From positions 1 to 59,245 of the forward strand of contig PKTW01000022.1 of the NCBI GenBank assembly GCA_002868955.1: 59,245 bases of DNA. Reading direction: 5' to 3'. The stretch is from Desulfobulbaceae bacterium. Lineage in GTDB: Bacteria > Desulfobacterota > Desulfobulbia > Desulfobulbales > BM004. Below, in pieces: positions 18,332 to 27,476 of this stretch; within the stretch, counting starts at the first letter, position 1; the number at the start of each line of letters is the position of its first letter. The translations under genes and the position numbers were made by a program. The notes under the pieces were generated by a model, which had not been told where the DNA came from, did no database searches, and was given only the letters and a program-made list of their open reading frames with translations.

Positions 18332-18535
18332 TTAAACTTTTGGCCAGATAATAAGCAGGAGACCGAAGAGAATAAGCATCGGGCCGTTGGCAATATATAC
18401 CACGTAAACTAGCGGGTAGCGCCTACCCATAATTGACCGTATCCTGTTTCTATTGATTATGCCGGGCACCCAGAAAACGATGCTGACCACCAACCCGAAG
18501 AACATAAGTATTATGCCGGAGATTGTTAGGATCAT
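18332..18535 (-). CDS. small two-TM membrane protein
   Basis: 67 aa with two hydrophobic helices separated by the basic loop NRNRIRSIMGRR. Confidence 0.5.
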   Translation of the reverse strand: MILTISGIILMFFGLVVSIVFWVPGIINRNRIRSIMGRRYPLVYVVYIANGPMLILFGLLLIIWPKV

Positions 18536-18589
18536 TTATTAATAAGCATTTCTGAATGTGTTTTTATCATAGTAAATTTGAGTTATTGT

Positions 18590-19369
18590 TCATCGCAGTT
18601 TCTTGAGCAGGTTGTTCAGGCGGTCATATTTAACCTGGTCGCCTGCGTTTAACCGGATACCATAGGTATTGTCCAGGAGCAGTTCCTCCTTGCTTTTATC
18701 AATCAGAATGAGTTTATCTCCTGTTACTTCCTTAACCTCGTATTCCTGCCAGTCATACGTGCGGATTACGCCCTTTTTCAATTTATTGGTGGAAGCATTG
18801 TAACGGACGAGGTCGCCTACCTTGTACTTGCCGATATAAAGACCCCGGGGCTCCAGGTATATATTATTATCCATGTGCAGGATCACCTGTTGGCCATTAT
18901 TGTCCTCAAGGGTAATTGAATCCGGCGATTCCGCAATTACCGTATACTGCTGCCACTGCCCCGAGTTGTCTGCCAATTGCAGTTTGCTGTCAACGGAATC
19001 ATAGCGCACCAGGTCGCCAATGTTGTATTTGCCAGCATAATTTCCCTTTACAGTAAGCGTATCTCCTGTTTCATGCTGCAGTGTTATTGAATTCCCGTTA
19101 ACTGCAATAACTTTGTAATCCTGCCAACGGTAATCCCGCAGCCTGTTGCGCACACTGTCATATCTGACCTTGTACCCCACCTTGTAATCCCCGGGATCTT
19201 TGGCGACCTCAATGACATTGTTGTCACTGTCCCGCAGGGTCAGGCTGTTTTCGCCAATAGCAATGATCTCAAAGGTCCTGTAAAAGTCTCTACTTTTTGC
19301 TTCGTTCTGCTGCAATGCAGTGAAAAGGAAAACAACGCTAAGTAAAACAACTATGCCCGCTTTTTTCAT
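18590..19369 (-). CDS. secreted protein with four ~55-68-aa internal repeats
   Basis: Signal peptide MKKAGIVVLLSVVFLFTALQQNEA. The repeated core is W/YQ.Y.VIA......ITL........(G)KY.VGD.VRYD....KL. Confidence 0.75.
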   Translation of the reverse strand: MKKAGIVVLLSVVFLFTALQQNEAKSRDFYRTFEIIAIGENSLTLRDSDNNVIEVAKDPGDYKVGYKVRYDSVRNRLRDYRWQDYKVIAVNGNSITLQHETGDTLTVKGNYAGKYNIGDLVRYDSVDSKLQLADNSGQWQQYTVIAESPDSITLEDNNGQQVILHMDNNIYLEPRGLYIGKYKVGDLVRYNASTNKLKKGVIRTYDWQEYEVKEVTGDKLILIDKSKEELLLDNTYGIRLNAGDQVKYDRLNNLLKKLR

Positions 19370-19466
19370 AAGAGGCCTCCAGACAGCCAGTTCTTTGCAG
19401 GAGTGCTTACTGCACCATACCCATGCTGATAGATTACCCGCTTAATCCGCAGCTCCTTAATAGTAT

Positions 19467-19865
19467 TCAACTTGAACGGTTCAATATGGTTATCTGGTCG
19501 TTCAAAGTCCAAAAATCATAGAGGTACCCGAATCCCAGCAGGCCTCCAGTTAGAAGATATATGATACCTGTGAACCATTTGTGCATATACATTCTGTGTA
19601 TACCAAATATGCCAAGAAAGGTCAGCAGCAGCCAGGCAACAGAATAATCAACGGGGCCGGCGCTGAACCTGAGGTCTGCCTGTCGGTCCATGGAAGGGAT
19701 CAGGAAAAGATCAATGAGCCAGCCGATTCCCAGAAGACCGAAGGTAAAAAAGTAGATGGTGCCTATCAAGGGTTTTCCATAGTAGAAGCGATGCGAGCCT
19801 GTAAAACCGAAGAGCCAAAGGATATAACCGATGGTCTTGCGATGGGTATCGGCATTGTTCGTCAT
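19467..19865 (-). CDS. TM2 domain-containing membrane protein (two TM2 units)
   Basis: I chose the ATG at 19865, behind GGAGGG; the longer ORF would overlap the deaminase gene. TM2-like units are WLFGFTGSHRFYYGK...GIGWLIDLF and FLGIFGIHRMYMHK...GFGYLYDFW. Confidence 0.8.
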   Translation of the reverse strand: MTNNADTHRKTIGYILWLFGFTGSHRFYYGKPLIGTIYFFTFGLLGIGWLIDLFLIPSMDRQADLRFSAGPVDYSVAWLLLTFLGIFGIHRMYMHKWFTGIIYLLTGGLLGFGYLYDFWTLNDQITILNRSS

Positions 19866-19899
19866 TTGTTTCCCTCCCCGGGGGCAGCCTGTCAACTTG

Positions 19900-20478
19900 T
19901 TAGCGGGAGCGGCCATTATAAATTATTCCACCTGCATCAACATATTGCTGTAAAACAGCTTTCGCCTTATACCTGAGTATATCGCGTGTTACGGAAATGG
20001 TGCGGGATTGCAGTTTTTGGGGCCAATCATCCGGCTTGTCTCCCTCATCAAAACCAAGACTTCTTGCGTCTTCATCCCTGGCACCGCAGACAAGGCTGTT
20101 AATTCCTGACCAGGGAATGGCACCCAGGCACATGGCGCAGGGTTCTGTTGTAGTGACAAGCTCATAGTCTGGCAGTCCTTCAGCGCCGAGATCAAAGTTC
20201 GCCACCTTCTGCTGGGCAAGTATGATGGCAACTATCTCGGCATGGACAACCGAACAGTTTGACTGCAGGACCAGGTTTATGCCTGGTGCGACAAGCCGGC
20301 CGCTATACTGTTCAAAAATAGCCGCTCCGAAAGGACCGCCATTATTTCTAATATTACCAACCGCAAGTGTAATTGCCAACTCCATGCGCTCTTCAGCTGA
20401 GGGGTAGATTATTTCAGAGCCTGGCAGGATATTTTTCACCCATTGCGGCAGCTTTACTATATATGATTTAAACTTCAC
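19900..20478 (-). CDS. nucleoside deaminase (CMP/dCMP-deaminase zinc-binding family)
   Basis: 192 aa with zinc motifs HAEIVAI and TEPCAMCLGA. Confidence 0.85.
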   Translation of the reverse strand: MKFKSYIVKLPQWVKNILPGSEIIYPSAEERMELAITLAVGNIRNNGGPFGAAIFEQYSGRLVAPGINLVLQSNCSVVHAEIVAIILAQQKVANFDLGAEGLPDYELVTTTEPCAMCLGAIPWSGINSLVCGARDEDARSLGFDEGDKPDDWPQKLQSRTISVTRDILRYKAKAVLQQYVDAGGIIYNGRSR

Positions 20479-20502
20479 AGGTTGGTTTTAACGAATAAAA
20501 TT

Positions 20503-21774
20503 TTAAAATCTGTAGCCCAAGTTCATGCCGAACGACTGCTCAGACAGAGAAATTCTTACGCCGGGTGCACTTGTTGCAGGGCCTGCGGTGACAGTGTTTT
20601 CCGGAACATACATATAATGAAAACCGATGTCCCAGTGATCATCAAGTGAATAATCAGCACCAACTGTATAATGGGTTTCAACCACTGCCGGCAGGAGCAT
20701 GTTGCTGGCCGCATTTGCCGTATCAATGGGAGATTCACCATAGTTGAATCCGGCCCTCAGGTTAAACCGGTCATTTACCTTATAGGCAAGCCCTATGGCA
20801 AAAACAACCTGGTCATCCCAACCCGGATCCATAGCAGTATTTCCTCCCGGACCGCTAACCGCCAATGTATCCATAGTGTCTGACCAGTTTATCCATTTTA
20901 CGTCAGCTGCAACGGTAAAATTTTCTGTCGCATGCACAGCAATGCCAACGGCTGCCTGCTGCGGAAAATCCAGGTCCAGTTTATAGGTGCCGGCAGGCAG
21001 AGGCCCGCCTCCAAAAGCTGACATATCAATATCGCCATAAGCCAGTTGGTATTCAAGGTCGGTAAAAAACTGTTTGCTTTTGTATGCTGCCCCGATAGTA
21101 ACCATTTCATTAACATCATAAAGGATGCCGAGACTGAGCCCGAAGCCGAATGCAGAAGCCCCCCTGCTGAGGTCAAAGTTATTAACCACCATGTCTCCCT
21201 GGCCGTCTCCGTTAGTGTCAGCCAGCATGCGCTGCTGGAAAGCAACCTGCTGAAAATCAATATTTATGGATGCGCCAAGGCTCAGTTTTTCAGCAGCCTG
21301 CCAGGCAAGACTCGGGGCCATCTGCCAAAAGGCGATACTGCTGTAACCATCCCAATATACTGAAGGTTGCATAAGTGTTGAACTATAATCTACCCCCATA
21401 CCGGAGGTGCCGTACATGCCGCCGCCAAATACCATATCGTCACGACTGCCTACGGGTCCATTCCAACCTATGGCTGGGATACCATAGATTTCCGAGCTGC
21501 TTTCAGCTCTTCCGCCACCAATGGCGGTAAAATCATTGGAACGCTCAGGCATGAAAGCCTCCATGGAAAAGTCTGCCCTGTGGCCAATGCGCATCATGCC
21601 TGCCGGGTTGGTAACAGCGGTCATATTGCTACCGGGAAGGGCTGTTATTGCCCCAGCCAGACTTTTTTGGTAGGAGCCGATGCCGATGAGCTGATAGCCG
21701 TTGGTAGCAAAAGCATATGCGGGGAAAAACAGTGCCCCTGCAACAATAATCGATATACACCTTTTTCTTTTCAT
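20503..21774 (-). CDS. outer-membrane transport protein, FadL/OmpP1/TodX family
   Basis: 423 aa with a signal peptide ending AFA. It has beta-barrel-like alternating sequence and a terminal aromatic residue (GYRF). Confidence 0.8.
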   Translation of the reverse strand: MKRKRCISIIVAGALFFPAYAFATNGYQLIGIGSYQKSLAGAITALPGSNMTAVTNPAGMMRIGHRADFSMEAFMPERSNDFTAIGGGRAESSSEIYGIPAIGWNGPVGSRDDMVFGGGMYGTSGMGVDYSSTLMQPSVYWDGYSSIAFWQMAPSLAWQAAEKLSLGASINIDFQQVAFQQRMLADTNGDGQGDMVVNNFDLSRGASAFGFGLSLGILYDVNEMVTIGAAYKSKQFFTDLEYQLAYGDIDMSAFGGGPLPAGTYKLDLDFPQQAAVGIAVHATENFTVAADVKWINWSDTMDTLAVSGPGGNTAMDPGWDDQVVFAIGLAYKVNDRFNLRAGFNYGESPIDTANAASNMLLPAVVETHYTVGADYSLDDHWDIGFHYMYVPENTVTAGPATSAPGVRISLSEQSFGMNLGYRF

Positions 21775-21902
21775 AAATCCTCCTTATCCAGTTTGTATCA
21801 GTGGATGATACTGTTGCGCTGTGTGGTAATTCTTTGAGAAAGTACAGGATGGACTGAAACCATGTAGCGATGATAATATTAAGGAAGGGTCTCTCTGTAA
21901 AC

Positions 21903-21949
21903 AGAAAAGAAAAACCCCGCAGTTTCCCTGGAGGGAAAGCGGGGTTTTT
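21903..21949 (-). terminator. rho-independent terminator ending the Wood-Ljungdahl operon
   Basis: The minus strand reads AAAACCCCGC-TTTCCCTCCAGGGAAACT-GCGGGGTTTTTCTTTT, about 25 nt after the mvhD-like stop. Confidence 0.8.
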
Positions 21950-21973
21950 CGTAAATTTCCAGCTTTTACTAAA

Positions 21974-22837
21974 CTAGTTCTTTTTCTTTGCTGCGGTTTT
22001 TTTCTTGGCAGGGGTTTTATTTGCAACAACTTTTTTCTTTGCTGCAGAAGCTTTTAATGGCGCTGGCGTTTTTTTCTTGGCAGCAGGTTTTGCTTTTTTG
22101 CTTGCTTTTTCCGCCGGTTTCTTTGCGGCTGGTTTTGCTTTGGCAGGAGCTTTTTGAGCCTCTTTGGTTTCAGCGTCCTGTTTGGCCGGGGCTCTTTTCT
22201 TTTCTGGAGCTGCTGGCTTGCCTTCTTCCACCTCGGCGGAGAGTGCCCCAACGATTGCCTTCTTTAGCTTTTCCTCGATAACACTGCTTATATATTCCGG
22301 GGTAAAGATACCTTCCTTGCGAATTGTCTTTGTCGTATTGCCATAGACCATTCTTACCTTTCTGGAACTGACTGCAGCCAAACCCTTTTTCAGCTTGGCC
22401 TGAAGCTCATCCGGTCCAATGCCTTCAGATTCACCCAAAGGTCCAAGTTTTTTTATCTTGTCTGTAAATTCAGTGATAAGTTTGACAAAGCGCGGAGCTT
22501 CCGCAGCAGAAGCCCACTGCAGGGAAAACCTATCAGGATTTATGCCGAGTTCCTTTAATACATTGAATATCAAGGCATTCATTCCCATTGCGTCGTAATT
22601 ACCTACCTGGTAATGACATTCGCCGAGTTGTCAGCCACCGGTAAAGATACCGTCGGCCCCTTCAACAAAGCCCCGCAGGACAAAGGAGGGATCGACCCGA
22701 CCAGTGCACATCACCCTGATTGTACGCAGGTTGGGTGGATACTGGTAGCGTGAGACACCCGCCGCATCAGCGGCGGCATAACAGCACCAGTTGCACAGAA
22801 ATCCCAGGACTTTCGGGTTGTACTCTTCCTTGCTCAT
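21974..22837 (-). CDS. mvhD: MvhD-like (methyl-viologen-reducing hydrogenase delta subunit family) predicted selenoprotein with Lys/Ala/Pro-rich C-terminal tail; in-frame UGA at 22631..22633
   Basis: ORFs 22631..22837 and 21974..22588 share a frame, offset by 249 nt. Read-through gives GADGIFTGG-U-QLGECHYQVGNY, matching the MvhD G-C-H-x-G-x-C-H-Y cluster motif with Sec at the first Cys. Confidence 0.8.
22595..22617 (-). promoter_or_regulatory. candidate bacterial SECIS hairpin for the mvhD-like UGA
   Basis: The stem ATTACC/GGTAAT has loop AGGUA containing GGU, and two further pairs lie beyond a mismatch. The core stem (ATTACC) begins 17 nt 3' of the UGA. Confidence 0.5.
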
Positions 22838-22896
22838 TTTCTATCCTTTAATCATTGTTGTAAATGATGCGCTTAAACTGCCTTAGGGCACCAGGT

Positions 22897-25800
22897 TTAC
22901 GCTGCCTCAGTTTCCTTTACCAAAATTTCCTTACCAAATGCTTCGATCTGCGAGTTAAGCTGTTCATTGGTAAAACCGCCCATGGAGATTGCAAAGGTAG
23001 GACAGTGCGATGCGCAGATACCGCAGGCCTTGCATGATGCTACAATGGTTTCAGCCTTGGGCCTGTTGTTTTCATCCTTGACCATCTGGATGGCCTGGTA
23101 AGGACAAAGGCTGGTACAGAGCTTACAGCCGATACAGATTTCTTTATCAATATTTGAAACAATCGGGTCAACCGTTACATAACCCTTGACCAGCGGCATG
23201 GCTGCCTTGGCCGAGGCTGCCTGGGCCTGTGCAATGATCTCGTTAATAGGTTTCGGTGAATGGGCCAGGCCGCAAACATAAACCCCGTCCACCGGAAGTT
23301 CAACAGGCCGCAGTTTGACGTGCGCTTCCAGGAAGAATTTGTCAGCAGTTACAGGCACTTTCAAGAGTTTGCTCAAGGTATCAGTTTCTTCAGGCACCAT
23401 GCCGACACTCAGGGCCACCATCTGCGGATTCATACTGACATCATCCTGCAGTATGGGATCAAAGAAGGAAACCGAAAGCTTGCCGCCTTTTTCAGCAATA
23501 GCGGGTTTGTTATCCATTTCATAGGGAATAAAGAGAACGCCCTTCTGACGTGCATCCTGGTAAAGATCCTCAGCATAACCGTAAGTACGGATATCCCTGT
23601 AGAGCATGATTACCTGGGAGTCAGGATTGATTTCCTTTACCCTGAGGGCATTCTGCACTGCTGTGATACAGCATGTCTTGGAACAGTAATTCAGATCATC
23701 CCCGCGGGAACCGGCACACTGGACCATGACGATTGAATCAGGAGCGCGTTTTTTACCTTTTCCTTCCAGCTGTTCTGCCAATTCGCTCTGGGTAACGATC
23801 TTCTTGGAATACTTGATTGAATTGCCCAGAGCCGTTTCAGGCCTGTGCTCACGGGCGCCGGTGGCAATGATGATGATACCGTGGTCCAGGGTGACTTCCT
23901 TGGCCTTGGCACCTTTGCCAGTGGTGATAATTGAGGAGAAATTGCCCACAAAACCTGAAGTCTGCTGGAGCTCAGCATTTGTATAAACACTCACCAGCTT
24001 ATTCTTTTTAACCTGGTCAATAAGTTTTTGAGTATGGGAAAGTTTCTTGAAATTCCCGCCAAGGGTGTCCTGCTTCTCGATCAGGGAGCAGCTGAATCCC
24101 TGGTCTGCCAGATTTAAAGCTGCGGTCATGCCGCCGATACCGCCGCCTATGACCAGACCGATTTTATTAACCGGTACGGTCTGTTCCGGCAGGGGCTGAA
24201 TGTGTCTTGCTTTGGCCACAGCCATGCGGACAAGATCCTTTGACTTATCGGTCGCAGCACCAGGCTCATTGGCATGGACCCAGGAACACTGATCTCTGAT
24301 ATTGACCATTTCAAAAAGCGAGCGGTTCAAGCCCGCATCTTTTAATGTTTCCTGGAACAACGGCTCATGGGTCCGGGGTGAACAGGCAGCAATTACAACC
24401 CGGTTCAGGTCATGTTCTTTGATTTTTTCCTTGAGAACCTCCTGGGCATCCTGGGAACAGCTGTAAAGACTTTCCGTATAGTACACCACTCCTTCCATAT
24501 CACCGGCATAGTTACTTACATCAGGCACATCAACAACAGAGCCGATGTTGATACCGCAATGGCACACAAAAACCCCGATCCGAACTTCATCGCCCATTTC
24601 TTTTTCATCAGGATAGCTCTTGTGTATAATCCCCCTGCCCCGCTGTTTTTTGATAAGGCCTGAAGCTATTCCGGCAGCACCGCTTGACTGCGTGACAGAT
24701 TCCGGTATATCCATGGGGCCGTTAAAGGCGCCGGCAACATAGATACCTTCTTTGCTGGTAGCCAGAGGTGCAAAGGTATCGGTGTTGCAGAAATCGTATT
24801 TATTCAGCTTAAACCCGGCCATGTCTGCCAGTTTCTGGGCATCCGGAGGTGACTCGAGGCCAACGGAGAGAACAACCATGTCATAGGCTTTAAAGCTGTG
24901 CGTGCCGTCAAGGGTGGAATAGGTAAGCCGCAGGTGATCACCCCAGGGCATGACATCAGCCACTTTGGCCCGCACGAATTTAATGCCTTTGTCCTCGGCG
25001 CGTTTCTGGGCGGCATCAAATTCCTTGCCCTGTGTCCGAATGTCCATATAATAGATGGTTATTTCCGCGTCCGGATCATGTTCCTTGGCAACCACGGCTT
25101 CCTTGATTGCGTACATACAGCAGACCGAGGAACAGTAACCGTTATCACAGCCGATATCCCTTGAGCCGACACACTGGATAAAAGCAATCTTATGGGGATG
25201 ACGGTTGTCGGAAAGACAGCGAACCTCACCGGTAAAAGGACCGGACGGGTTCAAGAGCCTTTCAAATTCAATGCTGGTTACTACGTCCGGGTGCTTTCCA
25301 AAGCTGTACTTGGCAAGGGTGTCTTCCGGTATACGGCCAAAACCGGGTGACATGATGACAGCACCAATTTCCAGGGTTCTTTCTTCAGGTTTCTGGCTGA
25401 AATCAATGGCCTTGCTCTGGCAGACAGGCACACAGATCTGGCAGGTTTCATGGGTAAGATGCAAACAGCTGCGCGGATCAATATAGTACGTTGCCGGCAC
25501 TGCCTGTGGATAATCAATGTGGATGGGGCGGGTTATATTCAAACCTTCGTTGTAATCATCCACCTGGTGACGCGGACAGTAAGTGGTGCAAAGACCGCAG
25601 GCGGTACAGTCATCTGCATTGATGTACCGGGGACGTTGTACTATATCCGCTTTGAAATTACCGGGTTGTCCCTTAAGGGATAACAAATCAGCATTTGTGA
25701 GAATCTCTATATTTGGAGACCGACCGGCCTCAACCAACTTGGGCGCCAGGATTCAGAGCGAACAGTCGTTGGTCGGGAAGGTCTTGTCCAGTTGGGCCAT

Positions 25801-25941
25801 CACGCCGCCGATGGCAGGTGATTTTTCAACCAGATAGACATAGTACCCCAAATCGGTCAGGTCAAGAGCTGCCTGGACTCCGGCAATACCGCCGCCCAGG
25901 ACCATAACTGCCCCTTCTCTGCTCTTCTTTGCTTTAGCCAT
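22897..25941 (-). CDS. hdrA: HdrA-like flavoprotein with two tandem HdrA modules, predicted selenoprotein; in-frame UGA at 25753..25755
   Basis: ORFs 25753..25953 and 22897..25737 share a frame. Read-through gives [20 protein letters not shown], matching the HdrA CSMCI motif with Sec at the second Cys. FAD motifs are GGGIAG and GGGIGG, an HdrA N-domain motif is [11 protein letters not shown], and several CxxCxxCxxxCP ferredoxin motifs are present. I chose the ATG at 25941, behind GGAGA. Confidence 0.85.
25713..25737 (-). promoter_or_regulatory. candidate bacterial SECIS hairpin for the hdrA UGA
   Basis: UUGGUUGAGGCCGGUCGGUCUCCAA forms 6 bp (GAGGCC/GGUCUC, including one G-U), with loop GGUC. 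A 3-bp lower stem lies beyond a 3-nt bulge. It starts 16 nt 3' of the UGA. Confidence 0.5.
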
Positions 25942-26024
25942 AACTTTCTCCAATTACTCTAACTGGTTCTATGGATTGAGATCGGCCCTTAAGCCGATCT
26001 TGCATTTTTTAAAACGAATCCGAG

Positions 26025-27380
26025 TTAAGCGGCAGCCTTCCATTCCTTGAGGAATGCCGGCATGTGGCCCGCCTCACGGGGACCTATGGTAATGGTCCAG
26101 TCAGGAAGTTCTTCTTCCAACTCACCCTTGATGGTAGCGAGATACCCCGGAATAATCAGTTCGCGGTGCTTCACCTTGTCAGCAATTCCTGACTTGTTGA
26201 TAAACTGGGCGATGAGATCTGCGCCAAATTTACCTGCCGCCCAAGCAGTCAGAACGGAAAGGCCTTCCGTGTCCTTGATGAGCAGCCAGGACGGAACCTT
26301 GCTGCCTTCAATTTCCCCTGAAACAATAAAGTAGGTCAGTGAGAAGTTGCAGGTAATTAGAACAGGTGAATCCTCACCCGGACCATTGACGGGATAGATG
26401 TCCTCCTTGACGACCATGGGCCGCTGCGGATCTGTGAAGATATTCAAACGTTCAAGCAGCAGCGGGAAAAGCGTGTCGCCCTGCAGGTCTGAAAGAATAA
26501 CGATACCGGCATATTTAGCTATCAGTACAGAAGCGATCATGGCCTCCATGAGAGGATCGTCTGTCATTTCACATGGAAAGGTGATAGTCGGGAAACCAAG
26601 CGGTTTGAATTTCTTTTTGACCGCAGCTCTCCGTGCTACAATATTATCCTCAAATGCCGCCTTCATGGTACGGGCGCCTGTATCAATGACAAGGTCTTTC
26701 AAGCCGTCATTCAGAAGCTGGTCAGCGATCTCAACAGTATTGTCAAGATTGGTGCCTCTTACGCCAAGGGGACATCCCAGTTCCTTGGCCAGGTTGGACA
26801 TGGTTTCGCGATTATTGCTGTCGGCTCCGAGGAGAAGCGGTTTTCTGTCACCGCAGAGTTTAGCAGCTGCTGCAAGGGTATCGGCATTATCACTGATAAG
26901 GACAAGGTTGGCATCCGGGGCCTTATCAAGTACTTTCTGGACCAGAGAAGTGAATGCACCTTCGTCGCCTTTTGAGTCCTTGACTGCAAGAAGATCTGCC
27001 TTCATAAGGACGCCGACCCTTTCAATGCGTATGGAATTAAAACGATCAATCCTGCCGTCCACGTCTCCATCCGCCATATCGGTTGTCAGCATAACACCCA
27101 GACCGGTAGGATTCTCGAATCGTTTCTCATGTCTGAACAGGCAGGTTTCCCCACCAGCCTTGAAAGCCGTCTCACCGCTGCCAAGTGTAATTGTACGAAT
27201 AGGCGGTGCTGAAGCTTCACCGATGGTCTCCTTGACCTCATCACTTACATAAGGACATTCGCCGATTTCTATCTGCCCTGCCGCCACTTTCATACCAAAT
27301 GCCAGGCAGGTCGGTATACCGCACTCACCGCAGTTGGTCTTGGGCAGCATTTTGAGAATCTGTATACCAGTTAATGCCAT
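26025..27380 (-). CDS. acsC: corrinoid iron-sulfur protein large subunit (AcsC/CdhE)
   Basis: 451 aa. The N-terminal 4Fe-4S motif is LPKTNCGECGIPTCLAFGMKVA, and the length and C-terminal domain fit CFeSP gamma. Confidence 0.92.
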   Translation of the reverse strand: MALTGIQILKMLPKTNCGECGIPTCLAFGMKVAAGQIEIGECPYVSDEVKETIGEASAPPIRTITLGSGETAFKAGGETCLFRHEKRFENPTGLGVMLTTDMADGDVDGRIDRFNSIRIERVGVLMKADLLAVKDSKGDEGAFTSLVQKVLDKAPDANLVLISDNADTLAAAAKLCGDRKPLLLGADSNNRETMSNLAKELGCPLGVRGTNLDNTVEIADQLLNDGLKDLVIDTGARTMKAAFEDNIVARRAAVKKKFKPLGFPTITFPCEMTDDPLMEAMIASVLIAKYAGIVILSDLQGDTLFPLLLERLNIFTDPQRPMVVKEDIYPVNGPGEDSPVLITCNFSLTYFIVSGEIEGSKVPSWLLIKDTEGLSVLTAWAAGKFGADLIAQFINKSGIADKVKHRELIIPGYLATIKGELEEELPDWTITIGPREAGHMPAFLKEWKAAA

Positions 27381-27476
27381 CTCTTCTCCTCCATTTTATT
27401 GTCGACAGGTGACTGCAGTTTTTTGTCAACAGTCAAGGTTTTATATCATCAATCAGAATGTATTTTTATGTAATGA

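Noticed and set aside
22588-22633. Reading the mvhD-like and hdrA-like splits (also 25737..25755) as pseudogenes or separate small genes.
   Set aside because: In both cases the pieces are in frame and the only interruption is a single TGA. That codon falls exactly on a conserved Cys column. The stretch between the TGA and the next ATG encodes strongly conserved residues, and a SECIS-like hairpin follows. Selenocysteine recoding explains all of this better than gene decay.
26398-27252. Long antisense ORFs opposite real genes. Examples are 26398..27252 (284 aa), 28770..29462 (230 aa), 31633..32298 (221 aa), 17079..17756 (225 aa), 15543..16139 (198 aa) and 4573..5037 (154 aa).
   Set aside because: Each lies fully inside a well-supported gene on the other strand. 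Each has Ser/Arg/Pro-rich, low-information composition typical of antisense frames, and none has a recognisable motif or RBS.
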